From Leucoraja erinacea (taxonomy: Eukaryota), in NCBI RefSeq assembly GCF_028641065.1, contig NC_073387.1:21266001-21330000 (forward strand): 64,000 bases of DNA, written 5' to 3'. The first letter of the stretch is position 1. Every line of letters begins with the position of its first letter. Shown piece by piece: positions 1-11,955 of the stretch. Both the position numbers and the translations under genes were made by a program. The notes under the pieces are model-generated. The model saw only the letters and a program-made list of their open reading frames with translations, did no database searches and was not told the origin of the DNA.

Positions 1-1065
1 TGAGAATACCGACTGAACTTGGCCTCCAGTAATCTTTAAATTATTTGGCTTACAAATGAAGATAAGTTTCTTTTGATTTGTTTAAAGCGAATTGTGGCAT
101 GCGTGGTAAGTAAGTGATCGATTCAAGGAGAGTCTTGTTGGCTCTAACCCACAATCAGATCTTGCTCTCTTGTTTCCAGACTCCTTTGCTTAACAAGCAG
201 AAATGCGATTTTCTTGCTTGCCAAGCTTCTCAAAAGGTACCTCTCACGAAATTCGGTTGAAATCTTTGATGGTAGGTATATTCTTTGATAGGTGTTAAAT
301 ATCTCTGAATCTGCAACTGAACACATACCCACCCCTAAAAATGAAGTACATCCTTTGGGAAAATGTACCAGCTGGAAGGATCGCGTCGGAGTTACGAATG
401 ACAATTTTCCAGTTGTTTAGATTACCAACTTGAACAATAGCGACATTCTCGAAGGAAAAAATCCATGTTTTTAATCACAACATCAAACTTGCGATTGTTC
501 TGTATCCTTAAAATGCATTGCAATAACCTCCTGGCGCTGATTCAAAAGCATGTTTAAAAATCCCCACTGTCATCACAATGATAAATGGCATTCAACTAAA
601 TCATGTAGTCACAGGGCATAGCAGCAAGCTTGTTGGCCAACTGTGTCCATGCCAACTATCGATTAACCATCTAGACTCTTGCCATTTATAAATATTTTCG
701 TAGTCTTCTGCGGCTCCACAACCCACTCTTGCCGATTCACAACATAGTGTGGGTGGTCAAAATATTTCCCCAATGCACTCTAAACTGGCGCTAATAACAA
801 TATACATTCTCTAGTTTTGGCGTTTCTGTAATAGGGAAAGTTTTCCTACGCTCTACCTCATCTCAGTCACGCATACTTTTATAAATATAAATATGGTTTC
901 ACCTCAGTCTGCTCTGCTCCATAAACACAAATACAGTATCCATAATCTCTCCTCATCAATAAAATTTCCCACAGTGCAATATCTGGTGAACTTTCTGTAA
1001 AACATTTTCACATTCGTGTCATTTATATCTTGCAATGACGAGTAAAAGCACAAAGTTCCAACCAA

Positions 1066-2658
1066 TCCGTGTAACTATAAAACTCTGATCTTGGGTGTGT
1101 GTGTGTGTATTTATTTGTTTGTATGTAATCACATCTTCGCGAAAAACGACGCGTTAATGGTAATTTTTTTACATATTCCGGTAGAGGTTCAAAATCGCCT
1201 ATCTAAAAAAATCCTGCTTTATTTCTCGAGTTATTTATGAAAATGTTCACAAATCTGATAAAACTTTGAAAATAAACGAGAAGGTTTCGCTGATGACGTC
1301 ACAATGGGTCTGCTGCGCGCGGCCTGCGCTGTGTTTCACGAGTGACGTCACCGCCCTCCGCCGAATTCGCTGTCTTTTGGTTGATGCCCGTCCCCCCCCC
1401 CCCCACCGCCGCTCCCCGCCGCTCCCCGCCGCTCCCCGCCGCTCCCCGCCGCTCCCTGCTCCGCGCTGCTCCCCCCCTCCCCGCTTCCTCCTCATCTCCA
1501 CTCCTGCTCCTACCCCTCCTCCTCCCTCCGCCTCTCCACTCCTCCATTCCCCCCTCCTCCTCCACAATCTCCTTTTTCCCCCTCCCTCCTCTCCCAAGCC
1601 CCTCTTCTAACCCGCTCCTCCACCCCGCTCTCCTACTCCCTCCCCCCCTTCCCCTCACCTCTCCCCCTCTTCTCTCTCCACTCACTCTCCCCCCCTCTCT
1701 CCCTCCTCCCTCTCCTCCCCCCTCAACCCTCCCTCTCTTCCATTCTCCTCCCTCCCTCCCTCCTCCCCCCCCTCCTTCTCTCTCCCTCCCCCATCCCCCC
1801 CCTCCTCCCCCCCCCCCCCCCCTCTCTCCCCCCCCCCTCTCTCCTCCCCTACCCGTCTCCCATTTCTTTCACCCCTCTCTCCCCCTCCATCTACCCCCTC
1901 CCCCACTCCCCCTCTCTCCCCCTGCCGCTCAACGGCCCTCTCTCTCTCCCTCCCTCTCCCCCTCTCCCCATCCCCCTCCTCCCTCTCTCTCCCCTCCCCT
2001 CCCTCTTCCCCTCTCCCCCCCCCCCTCCCCGCTCCCCTTCCCCCTCTCCCTACCCCCACTCCCCCTCTGTCACCCTCTCTCTCAACCCCCCTCCCTCTAT
2101 TCCCCCTCTCTCCCCTCCCTCTATCCCCCCTCTGTCCCCCCTCCCCCCCCCCTCTGTCCCCCCTCCCCCCCTCTGTCCCCCCTCCCCCTCTCCCTCACCC
2201 CTCTCCCCCCCTCCTCCCCCCTCGACCCCTTTCCCCTCTCTCCCTCTCTCTCCTCCTCTCTCTCTCTCCCTCCTCTCCCTCCCTGACCCTCCCTCCTCCC
2301 TCCTCTGCCCCTGCCCCTCTCTCTCCGTCTCTGCCCCCTCCTGTCTCTGCCCCCCTCCCTCTCTCTCTGCCCCCTCTCTCTTCCCTGCCCTCTCTTTCTA
2401 CCCTCGCCCCTTCTCTCTCTAGACGCGAGAGCCAATGAACACTATTCATATAATATTCATATAATATTAAGGGGGGCGGTTAGTGTGTGGTGGTGCGTGT
2501 GTGTGTAGGGTGATGTTAATGTGTGTGTGTGTGGTGTGTGTGTGTGGGGGGTGGGGGGTGGTTAGTGTGCTTTTTGACGCCGCAGTTCGCCCCCCCCCCC
2601 ACCGCCACCCCACCCGCGCGTTGAGGGGACAAGACCCAACGAGTCCCACTTGGTCTAG
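1066..2658 (+). mobile_element. Non-autonomous Helitron-like element with internal C/T-rich low-complexity tract
   Basis: Begins TC (1066) after an A and ends CTAG (2655-2658) before a T. Subterminal hairpin GGGAC(2626-2630)...GTCCC(2643-2647). No TSD. (GT)n microsatellites near both ends. Confidence 0.65.
1390..2420. repeat. Polypyrimidine (C/T) low-complexity tract, including (GCTCCCCGCC)n
   Basis: About 1 kb almost entirely C/T on the + strand. It explains the spurious Pro-rich and Gly/Arg/Glu-rich ORFs here. Confidence 0.95.
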
Positions 2659-3858
2659 TGTTTTATAAAGTTGTACCACAATCTCATTACTTCCATCCAA
2701 TTCACCAGCAAATGGGGTGGTGTTTTTCATAGAGTTTATTCTACTCTTACTTGTGCTCTCAGATTACATCACGTTGCATTAATCAGGTTTAAATTCTACC
2801 TGACATTGCACTTCCTCGTGAATTTCTTCCCAACAATTACGAGTAAACAGTAAACACTATTATTCAACAGCACATTCCTAGACTGAAATGTTTTTACAAA
2901 CCGATTAAATGAATATGAGATGTACTGAAACTATTGCGCCTTCTCATAATCAATCATTAAATCCAAGGGACAAGGAACGTCTTGAAAATAGCCAATCAAA
3001 CGACGGTATCTGGAATGTGATGACAATTTGGTGATTGCAATTATTCTGTGTTTTTAATATTAAGAGCATGTACAAATCATCCACAAATTAACAACAAAGT
3101 GCAACGCGTTATACTTGGTAGTCAGTCATTAGTTCTTCCGTCGGTTGACAGCATCTGTAGTTCCTTCCTACACTTCAGTTTTTACGCACCGATAGTGAGA
3201 GGGAAACGGTGAAAACGTTCAGATTGATAGTTTTTCATCGTTCTTCGAATTAAATTCTAAATACAAAATGCTAAATCTTGTCTCTCCCTCAATGGAAAAT
3301 GTTTGTCGTGCTGAACTTGTTCTAGTAGTTTCTATTTTAGTTAATTGTAGCTTGGAAGGTATTTAGCCTTTGCTTTTGGACTACCAGGTGATTTAATCAA
3401 TCCGGGATGGGTTGAGGTCATGGTAACTAGAAAGTATCCATCATATTTTAACGATATGGCTAGAATTCCCACGCTGCTGCTAAAGGAACCCATAGCATGT
3501 ATGTTTAGCTGTATATTTGTCATATGGTCATAGGAATTGGAGCTAGTTTTAACAATTGCTGAATATTTTGATATTTGTAGTTGGGTTAAAACTCTTCAAA
3601 CCAGATATATGACCTTTTGATTCCCTTTCACAGACAAGCAAATTGGAATATCCGGTATAATAAACCATTGGAATGATGTATATATGAAAATAACAGAAAC
3701 AGTCGGTGGCATAAACAAATAAAATGAATGCTCAAATTAATTTGAAGCTGTATGCACAACATATTTTCCCCGTGTTATTAATTTCGTTCCAGTAATTCCA
3801 ATGGCCCAAATATCACGAATATTTATTTGTATCCAAATTAATTGTGTGACGATTTGAC

Positions 3859-6328
3859 TTACTTTTCGAAGCAACTCACCTCATTACTTGTATAGAAGTT
3901 GGAAGCTTGAGACTTTAACATTCCTGGAATCTCCTTACCATTAGGGTTCTTCCGGGTACACTGCATTGCTGCAGGAAGCCCACATGTTTGAAGTGTTGTG
4001 ACGTCTCTCTTCGTGGACTGCAGTGTAGAACACGACTCGTAACGGAAGCTCTGAGAAAGTGGATCACCTCCAAATACCTCGACATAGTTTGGTGGTATCT
4101 GAAGGCTTCTGCTGGCCTTTTGAATTCCATTCAGTGAAGTTCTTGTTTTGAAGCAACAACAGACGGTGTGTGAACTTTGCTGGAGTCCCAGTCCATTTCT
4201 GCGTTTATGAACCTTAACAGCAAGTAAAATTAAAATGACGAGGAAAATGATGGATGTTGTCCCCAAGGCTATGACTAAGAAATGGTTCAGGTCAGGGATG
4301 AACTTTGGATCTGTGGACAAACTGGTGGCACTAAAGACCTTTTGATTCCCTTTCACAGACAATGCTAGCGTCACCGACGCAGAAAGTGGTGGCACTCCAT
4401 TATCTTTTACAACAATCACAACTCTTTGCTGAGACGCATCTTTGCTCTCAATGTCACGCACGGTCCATATTTCTCCTGTGTCTGCTGAAATAGTAAAGAG
4501 GTTGCGATGGGTAGCTTGTAAAATGTGGTAAGTCAGGAAGGCATTCTGACCGGAGTCGGCGTCTGTTGCTGATATCTTCACAACTAGGTTCCCAGGTTTA
4601 GCAAGCCTGGATATTGTCTCCGTTACTGTTGACCCATATTTAGGCATAGGGTTCACAATCACGGGAGCATTATCGTTCTGATCGAGGATAAGAACATCCA
4701 CACTACAGTTACTGCTCTGCGGTGGGACTCCAGAATCCCGCACCAGCACATGGATTTGGAAACTTTTCAACTTCTCGTAGTCAAACGATCTCTGAGCAAA
4801 TATGGCGCCATTTTGTGAGTTAATGGAGACATATGAGGCTACGGATGAATTCACGATTGAAAACTTCAGTCGAGCATTTTGTCCCTCATCAGGATCGTAG
4901 GCTGTCAGGGAGAATATAGAACTTCCAATGACGTTATTCTCATTGACATTCGCCGTGTATACAGGCTGCGTAAACCTCGGTGCGTTATCATTTACATCTG
5001 AAACATCTACACGAATCGTTTTCTTGGATGCGAGGGGAGGGTTTCCTGCATCCGTGCAAGTCACAGTAATGTCATACCTTGAGGTAGTTTCCCGATCCAG
5101 TGTATCCTGTATTAGCAGTCTGCAAAAACTTTTCATACTTGTGTCCAGCTTAAATGGCAGTTTACTTGCAATTTGACAATGCACTTGCCCATTTCGACCT
5201 GAGTCTTTGTCTTCTACGTTGAGCAGTGCAACAACTGTTCCGATTGATGTATCTTCTGGTACCGTACTGGAGACAAATGTTAATGTTATATCAGGAGCAT
5301 TGTCATTCACATCGATAACATCCACCAATACATCACAATGCTGAGGCATTGCGTAATGACCATTGTCGACTGCTTGTACATTAATCTCAAAAAACATGTT
5401 TTCTTCGTAGTCCAAATGACTTTTCAGTCTTATTTCACCAGTTTTCGAATCTACGCCAAATAGTTCATGAAATGTTGCTGAATTTTGGCCACTAAGTGAA
5501 TATGTAATCTCACCATTAGAACCCTCGTCCAAATCAGTGGCGTTTAATCTAATAATCAAAGTCCCCACGGCAGCTGTTTCCAACATTCTGACGCTATAAA
5601 CCGATTGTGAGAAAACAGGATGGTTGTCGTTCATATCTTGCACCGTGATTGTTACTCGAACCGTGCCCGATCTCACAGGGACTCCGCCATCTTCTGCAAA
5701 GAGCATTAACTCGTGGGCCGGTATTGTTTCTCTATCCAAGGCCCTCTGCAGCACTAACACTGGTATTTTTCCCCTTCCTACTGCGTGTCTGTACATCAAG
5801 AATGAAATATTCACTGGGAAGGATCTGGTAAGCCTGCAAGGAATTCGTCCCAATGTCCGGATCGTATGCGGAATCGAGGGGGAATCGCGCTCCCGGTGCC
5901 ATATTCTCCGATATTTCAAGGCGGATCTGGCTTTTGGGGAAACTGGGAGCGTTGTCATTTACATCGAGTATCTCCACTTCCATCTGGTGAAGACTGAGGG
6001 GATTTTCAAGCACGACGTTCAAGGGTAAAATGCATTCGGTGTTCGACCCGCAAAGTTGCTCCCTGTCGATTCTTTCATTCACAAATAAAATCCCATTCTG
6101 CAAATTTACGTCAACAAATTGCTTCCTCGGGCTGGGCGCCATCCGTGTTCTGCGAGTCGAGAGCTGCTTTAAATCTAAGCCCAAATCAATTGAGATATTC
6201 CCGACAAAGGCACCCAGCTGCAATTCCTCGGGAACAGAATAACGAATCTGCCCAGAAACAAGATTCCAGTGGGAGAACAAACAGCAAAACAATTGGCATT
6301 TCTGCAGCCAATATATGTGAAATCTCAT
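3859..6328 (-). CDS. Clustered protocadherin variable exon A (signal peptide, EC1-EC6, TM, variable cytoplasmic domain), interrupted by one +1 frameshift at ~5766-5774
   Basis: ORF 5732-6328 (MRFHIYW...QIRYSVPEE...DREQLC...DVNDNAP) joins ORF 3859-5958 (PVLVLQRALDRE...DYE...TM...VFGGDPLSQSFRYESC). Donor GAG|GTGAGT at 3880/3879. The exon is 2449 nt = 816 codons + 1. Confidence 0.92.
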
Positions 6329-6504
6329 TTCCAGGAGAATTCATTCGAACGGTATGAATCCGAGACAATAGTTTTAAACGGCAGCTTGGATCATTACAGA
6401 TACAACGTATAAAATCTGTACCTTCGTGCGCGATGTTGGAATATTTTCATTTAAATATCATCACGTTGACGTTCAATTCGAAATGAACTATACGGAAACC
6501 ATCC

Positions 6505-6661
6505 GAGCTGCGAGCTATCCAGGGTTCACGGCGTCTGATTTTGTTCAATGGCGGCTGAGTATTGTAGGGGGGCTGTGCAGATCCAGTCCCATCTCAGGTT
6601 CTGATTGGTGGACCGTAACAATCACATCTGACCAGTTGAAGTGCAGCTCGTTTCTTAAAGC
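6505..6661 (-). promoter_or_regulatory. Conserved promoter module of Pcdh exon A
   Basis: + strand text: GAGCTGCGAGCTATC 6505-6519, GATTGG (CCAAT box) 6603-6608, TTCTTAAAGC 6652-6661. Same order and spacing as upstream of B and D. Confidence 0.75.
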
Positions 6662-7514
6662 AAGGAGGACATATTTTGCAGCAGGGATGTTATATTACTT
6701 GTTGCACAATTGAAATGTCTGCCAGCATTTGGATGTATCTGATTTTTTGCAAAATGTTAACTTTAAATCCTAATGTTCAAGTAGAACACTACATATTATG
6801 CAAAAGATTAAATATGAAGAAACTCTTCGACAATATTAGCATCAATAGGAAGTTCGCAATTCATCATGCTAACAATCCAATTACGTATCCACCATTTATG
6901 ACTATTCCTTATAAACTACAACTTTTAATTACAATATTGATCCGTTGTTGCATAGAAAAATATAAGATAATCAGTTGCTCCACCAAAATAAAGAAGCTGT
7001 ATTTTTGAAATGTATGTCAAGATAATGTCTTCCCAATGGTAAAATTTGATTGATGATAACTGTCATATTTATATGTATACCCAGTATAAGGAATAGGTAG
7101 TGCATTAACACATTTAGCCACAACTAGATTTCAATTTGCTAAGGGCATGTTTGCAAATTCTTTCCACCGACTTTGCTGTAGGAAAAAATAATGTGGTTCC
7201 CTGCATTAAAGTAATTATGCTCACCATTATATCTCTTTATATATTTTATATTACAACAACATTGTACTTACGAGTTGAATGTAGAATTCATTTGTGCAAT
7301 TGTTGTATACGCAATCTAATGTCGCTGTTTTCTTATGACTGTCTGTGGCATGTTTTGTTGTCGTTATTGCCATATGTTTTCTTTGACCATATACATTGAA
7401 GGATATAATCCATTGCCACTCCAGATTTGTTAATTTGCAATTGCCTTTTCAGTATATGCCATTATCTTTTCTTTTCTGTTTGCAAAAATTCTAAACCTAA
7501 AACATACATTTCAG

Positions 7515-7999
7515 ATTTCAAAACAGTTTCACTGACTTGGGATATGCAATCTTTCTTCAAAACCTTTACTGACCCATGTGCCGAGTGTCTGTAGGAAAAC
7601 GAAAACGTTACAATGTATCCATAGAATATAATATCGAGGATCTGACAATAGATCAAGCAAGAATAGTCTGACATGAAGCATTCCTCCAATCTTGGAATGG
7701 ACTCATCTAAACTGAAAACATATAACCAGTACTAGTGTTTTGTTTGCAATTCTGCGCACGTTAATATTTCTTCATATCTTCCTCTAGGCTTACTTCTGTT
7801 GCCTCGCCTCGCTTACTCTTATTAGCTCGTCCCACCAGAATTACTAAGCGCTGTTTCTCTTCAGTGGACATGAAATTCTATGGAGCCAGTGAAACGTTCT
7901 CGTTTTCCTAAAGACACGAGAGATATGGGAAATAAAGAATTTGAAGAAAGATTTTTTTTTCGGTATGCATATCCCAAGTCAGTGAAACAATTTTGAAAT
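7515..7999. mobile_element. Foldback/MITE-like element with long imperfect inverted arms
   Basis: 7515-7561 (atttcaaaacagtttcactgacttgggatatgcaatctttcttcaaa) is the reverse complement of ~7940-7999, apart from a short insertion. 7585-7611 pairs with 7890-7917, and tccatagaat pairs with attctatgga. Confidence 0.7.
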
Positions 8000-8172
8000 T
8001 TAGAAAGCAGAATATAGATTCTACTTGAATTGTTTTTAGTGAGGGCGGCTCTCCAACAGAACAGATATCCAAGTTGTCGGAGTCACGCTATAACTTTTAA
8101 ATATCCGTCCGTCAAAAATATACAAAACATTAATACCAAATTAAACATTTAAACGCATATAGAGTTTATCCT

Positions 8173-8420
8173 GTTTAGTTTAGTTTCGTTTAGTTTAGAG
8201 ATGCAGCGCGGAAACAGGCCCTTCGGTCCACCGAGTCAGGGATCTCCCCGTACGCGAGTTCTATCTTACACACTAGGGGCAATTTATAAAAGCCAATTAA
8301 CCTGCAAACCTGTACGTCTTTGTAACCCGGAGCAGCCCGGAGAAAACCTACGCGGCCACAAACGCCATACAGACAGCACCCGTGGCCACGATGGAACCCG
8401 ATGGGTTTCGCAAAAGGCAA
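8173..8420 (-). mobile_element. HE1-like tRNA-derived V-SINE
   Basis: (aaact)n-type tail, ggaaacaggcccttcgg, and V-domain-like aagccaattaacctgcaaacctgtacgtctttg. Similar copies at 16850, 51818 and 58058. Confidence 0.75.
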
Positions 8421-9491
8421 TACACTACTGACGACAGACTCGATGAAATACTGTGCAATTCAGCAAGATCCACTCAATGGTGCTGGCCTCCTTGAGTCCA
8501 ATGGCTATGAAATTAACAATGTTCTGACTAGGTCAGTGAGTTTCAACTTTCCTGTGTGCAGATCATGCGCAAGGCGATCCAGCACTGTCTTCCATTTTAA
8601 ACCTACTACTCTGTTCTGATCTTTTATCCTTTATTAGCATGATCCAGGCTATTGCACTCACAAGGTGCTTCCCATCAATTCTAAATCTTTTCCGGGGGAA
8701 ATTTGTACCTCTGCTGTCATTAGCGACACCATCTGTATGCCAAACACATTGTGCCCCATCGCCCTCTAGACTAAAGATGACAATGGGCCATAGAGTCTTT
8801 GGTTTATACAAGATTGGACGTTTCTACGCAAGAGGCGCCAATCGAGATGAAGCTCTGGGTTGTATCTGACATCATGTAATACTGACCAATATATAACGTC
8901 AATAAAAATCGAGCAATTCGGAACGAGCCTTCTACTATCAATTCAGTCTTTCCTTGATGATTCAGAAAGCGATGTGAGCTATTGTAAGCAATGCTATCAA
9001 ACGACAGTCATATTTGCTCGCGTATTAGCAATTGGATTACATGACAACATGGAACTGCAGCGATGTGTTTCCAACCCTGGAAAAAGTGCTTATCCAAAAA
9101 TAATACGGTATCACTGTTTTATATTGCACGGCATCACATATCATAGTGGAAAGCTTCACTGGCAGGAGACGCAACTCGCAAGAACGTTTAATTTAAAAGG
9201 GTTAGATATTTGGGATTCACACTGCAAGGCTGACTTCCCTCCATGTCGCCTAACAGTCTGACATAAATTTATCACCATTCCACACTGCTACTGAATCTAA
9301 GTATTGGAACGTCCTGGCAACATCATTTCAGAAGAAGCATCACCAGAAACGCTGCAGTGGTTCAAAAGCTGTCTCGTCAGCATTTGTTCAAGGGTACACG
9401 AAGATGAATAAATAACACAAATAAAGGGGGTATTGATGGTTGAAGAAAAACAATTCCCAAACAGAAGCATCACTGAAGTAATTTCTGAATG

Positions 9492-9837
9492 AATTGCCTA
9501 GACCCAAAGTGAATTTACGGACGACCAGTACGATATTAGATGATGTTAGACATTGGCTATCTCCAGCAACAAGAAGAACCAATTGCCTAGACCCAAAGTG
9601 AATTTACGGACGACCAGTACGATATTATGGCTGAAGAAGTTTGCAGTCTTGGACTATCTCCAGCAACAAGAAGAACCAATTGCCTAGACCCAAAGTGAAT
9701 TTACGGACGACCAGTACGATATTATGGCTGAAGAAGTTTGCAGTCTTGGACGAAATTGGGGTTTCGAGTATTGAATAATGGATGAAATGACACCGATGTT
9801 AGACATTGGCTATCTCCAGCAACAAGAAGAACCAATT
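9492..9837. repeat. Mosaic tandem triplication
   Basis: 47-bp block aattgcctagacc...gatatta occurs at 9492, 9581 and 9678. Block ctatctccagcaacaagaagaacc occurs three times. Block tggctgaagaagtttgcagtcttgga occurs twice. Confidence 0.9.
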
Positions 9838-10304
9838 CTCCTCAATATGTATCATGCTGCGGTCATCAGGTACACGTTTAATTACATGGATTTTAGCATT
9901 TGTCAGATATGTGAACAAGTTCATAAAAACTATGATTATAAACTGAAAGGAGACACTTTCATTCAACATTTCTTGCAGGATTTATGCGCATGGTATGTAA
10001 TAAATCAGTATTATCCAGAATATTCGCACTTTGCCTGCGTCTGTACACTCAGAATGTACACCCATGTTCAGTACAAAGTTTGAGATTCACTAAACTCTGC
10101 ATATTGTAATTAAACGTTCATTGAACTCGGCACAGAATACGCCGGGATAACACACTGCTGCTTCTTTAAGCACAACTGCAAAATCTTTCCGACCAGGAAA
10201 ATAAAGATCAACAGGGAACCACAGGCGCGAGTACGTCCCATACACTAATCGCCTGGGTGTCATCATTTCTCAGAAACCATAGAGGCAGCCACATAAACAC
10301 TTTA

Positions 10305-10367
10305 GCCATGTCAGAGCCTCGTACCAAGAGCAGGGGAATCAAGAATCATAAGACAGAGGTGTAAAGT

Positions 10368-10412
<45 letters not shown>

Positions 10413-10656
10413 TTCCGTACGAATCTGAGGGGTGACGTTTATACACAAGGCGTGGTAGCTGTGTGGAATGAACTGGAGGTAGTTTAGGTAGGTTTAAGAA
10501 ACATTTCGATAAGTACATGGATAGGATAGTTTTAAAAGGATATAGGCCAAATGCGGGCAGGTGAGACTATTATAGATGCTGGTTGTTGTGGGAAAGTTGG
10601 GCCGAATAGCCTCTTTCTACATTATATGACTATGTAACGCTATGACCCTATGACTG
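10305..10656 (+). mobile_element. CR1-type LINE 3' fragment with poly-G run
   Basis: Degenerate CR1 ORF2 C-terminus (gtggtagctgtgtggaatgaactg) and (ctatga)n tail. G run at ~10367-10411. Confidence 0.7.
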
Positions 10657-11607
10657 TGACCCAAAATTAGAAGCTGTGTTTCGACCGGTTATCGGGAATT
10701 CTATGGTGGTCTCTGGCTATTGTGAAGGAGAATTCGGCATTTCGCCTGCAAGCTCTTCGTATTTTAACGGCATGTATCATAAAATCCATGCCTTGAAAAA
10801 TACTATCGGCTCTTCAAAGTCGCAGTGAAAACTCTGGAACTCCTCCAAGTCAAGAATGGCGCTCGTTATCATCTACTCAAGAACAATTATTTATGAACAA
10901 ATGAAAAAACGACGTTTATTGGTTCCAATTTTTAAACATGGATCAAACCAGGCATTTTAATCTAAGAAACTACCGCATATTTAAGCGTTAAATTGCATCA
11001 TTCAAACTCGTATCATCAGCTCAAGTGGAATTGAATTATGCTGCGGCCAAGTGTACAGTACTTGGGTCGCTAACATGATGCGTAAAATGTCTCGCATGTT
11101 CATGTAAACGTTTGCGTTGCACTCCACCTGAAGTCTTCTTACGCATTTGAACAAAGTCCAGGTACCACACCTACGTTTTGAAGTTCATTTCAGTATACGA
11201 CATGGCATTATGGAAGCAATGCAACACGTATGTATATTGATCACTGTTGAAGTTCAGGTAATATAGCAGCCAGGTTTTGAATAGCCATCCGTCCAAATCA
11301 GTGTGAGAGGGAACAAGTAATCTATATTAAACGTTCCGATTAAGAACTAGTTATTGGAGGAATACCTTTCCCGACAGTGTGTGCACGTGTTATGTTGCGC
11401 TCGCCAAAAATACATATTGTTTGTACGATAATTGGCTCATGTAAATGTCGTATGCCACGAATGTTTAGCAGTCTCTCTTGCCAAGCGATGTTTGTACCCT
11501 TGCCTCTAAAACCGGTCTTTAGTTAGTGAGCTACCAGTCGGTGAGGAGGGAGGGGGATTGTAGAAAATGAATTAAACTTTTTCAGTGGGATATATATATT
11601 ATATCTA

Positions 11608-11883
11608 NNNNNNNNNNNNNNNNNNNNNNNNNNNNNNNNNNNNNNNNNNNNNNNNNNNNNNNNNNNNNNNNNNNNNNNNNNNNNNNNNNNNNNNNNNNNN
11701 NNNNNNNNNNNNNNNNNNNNNNNNNNNNNNNNNNNNNNNNNNNNNNNNNNNNNNNNNNNNNNNNNNNNNNNNNNNNNNNNNNNNNNNNNNNNNNNNNNNN
11801 NNNNNNNNNNNNNNNNNNNNNNNNNNNNNNNNNNNNNNNNNNNNNNNNNNNNNNNNNNNNNNNNNNNNNNNNNNNNNNNNNNN
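11608..11883. other. Assembly gap (N run) flanked by (TA)n microsatellite
   Basis: 276 N, with TA repeats on both sides. Confidence 0.99.
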
Positions 11884-11918
11884 TCAAGCCTGCCTATGTA
11901 TATATATATATATATATA

Positions 11919-11955
<37 letters not shown>

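Noticed and set aside
1247-2449. Long Pro-rich and Gly/Arg/Glu-rich ORFs (e.g. 314 aa at 1342-2286)
   Set aside because: They arise from a C/T low-complexity tract that lacks stop codons.
3341-3523. Cadherin-like words (LNIHAM, YD..VT.T) in a short minus-strand ORF
   Set aside because: Too weak and not clearly collinear with the intact exons.
4928-6357. Plus-strand ORFs opposite Pcdh exons (also 13367-15533, 38069-38398)
   Set aside because: Antisense shadow frames of cadherin coding sequence with no independent support.
9492-9837. Repeat-spacer pattern resembling a CRISPR array
   Set aside because: The spacers are themselves repeated, the genome is eukaryotic and no cas genes are present.
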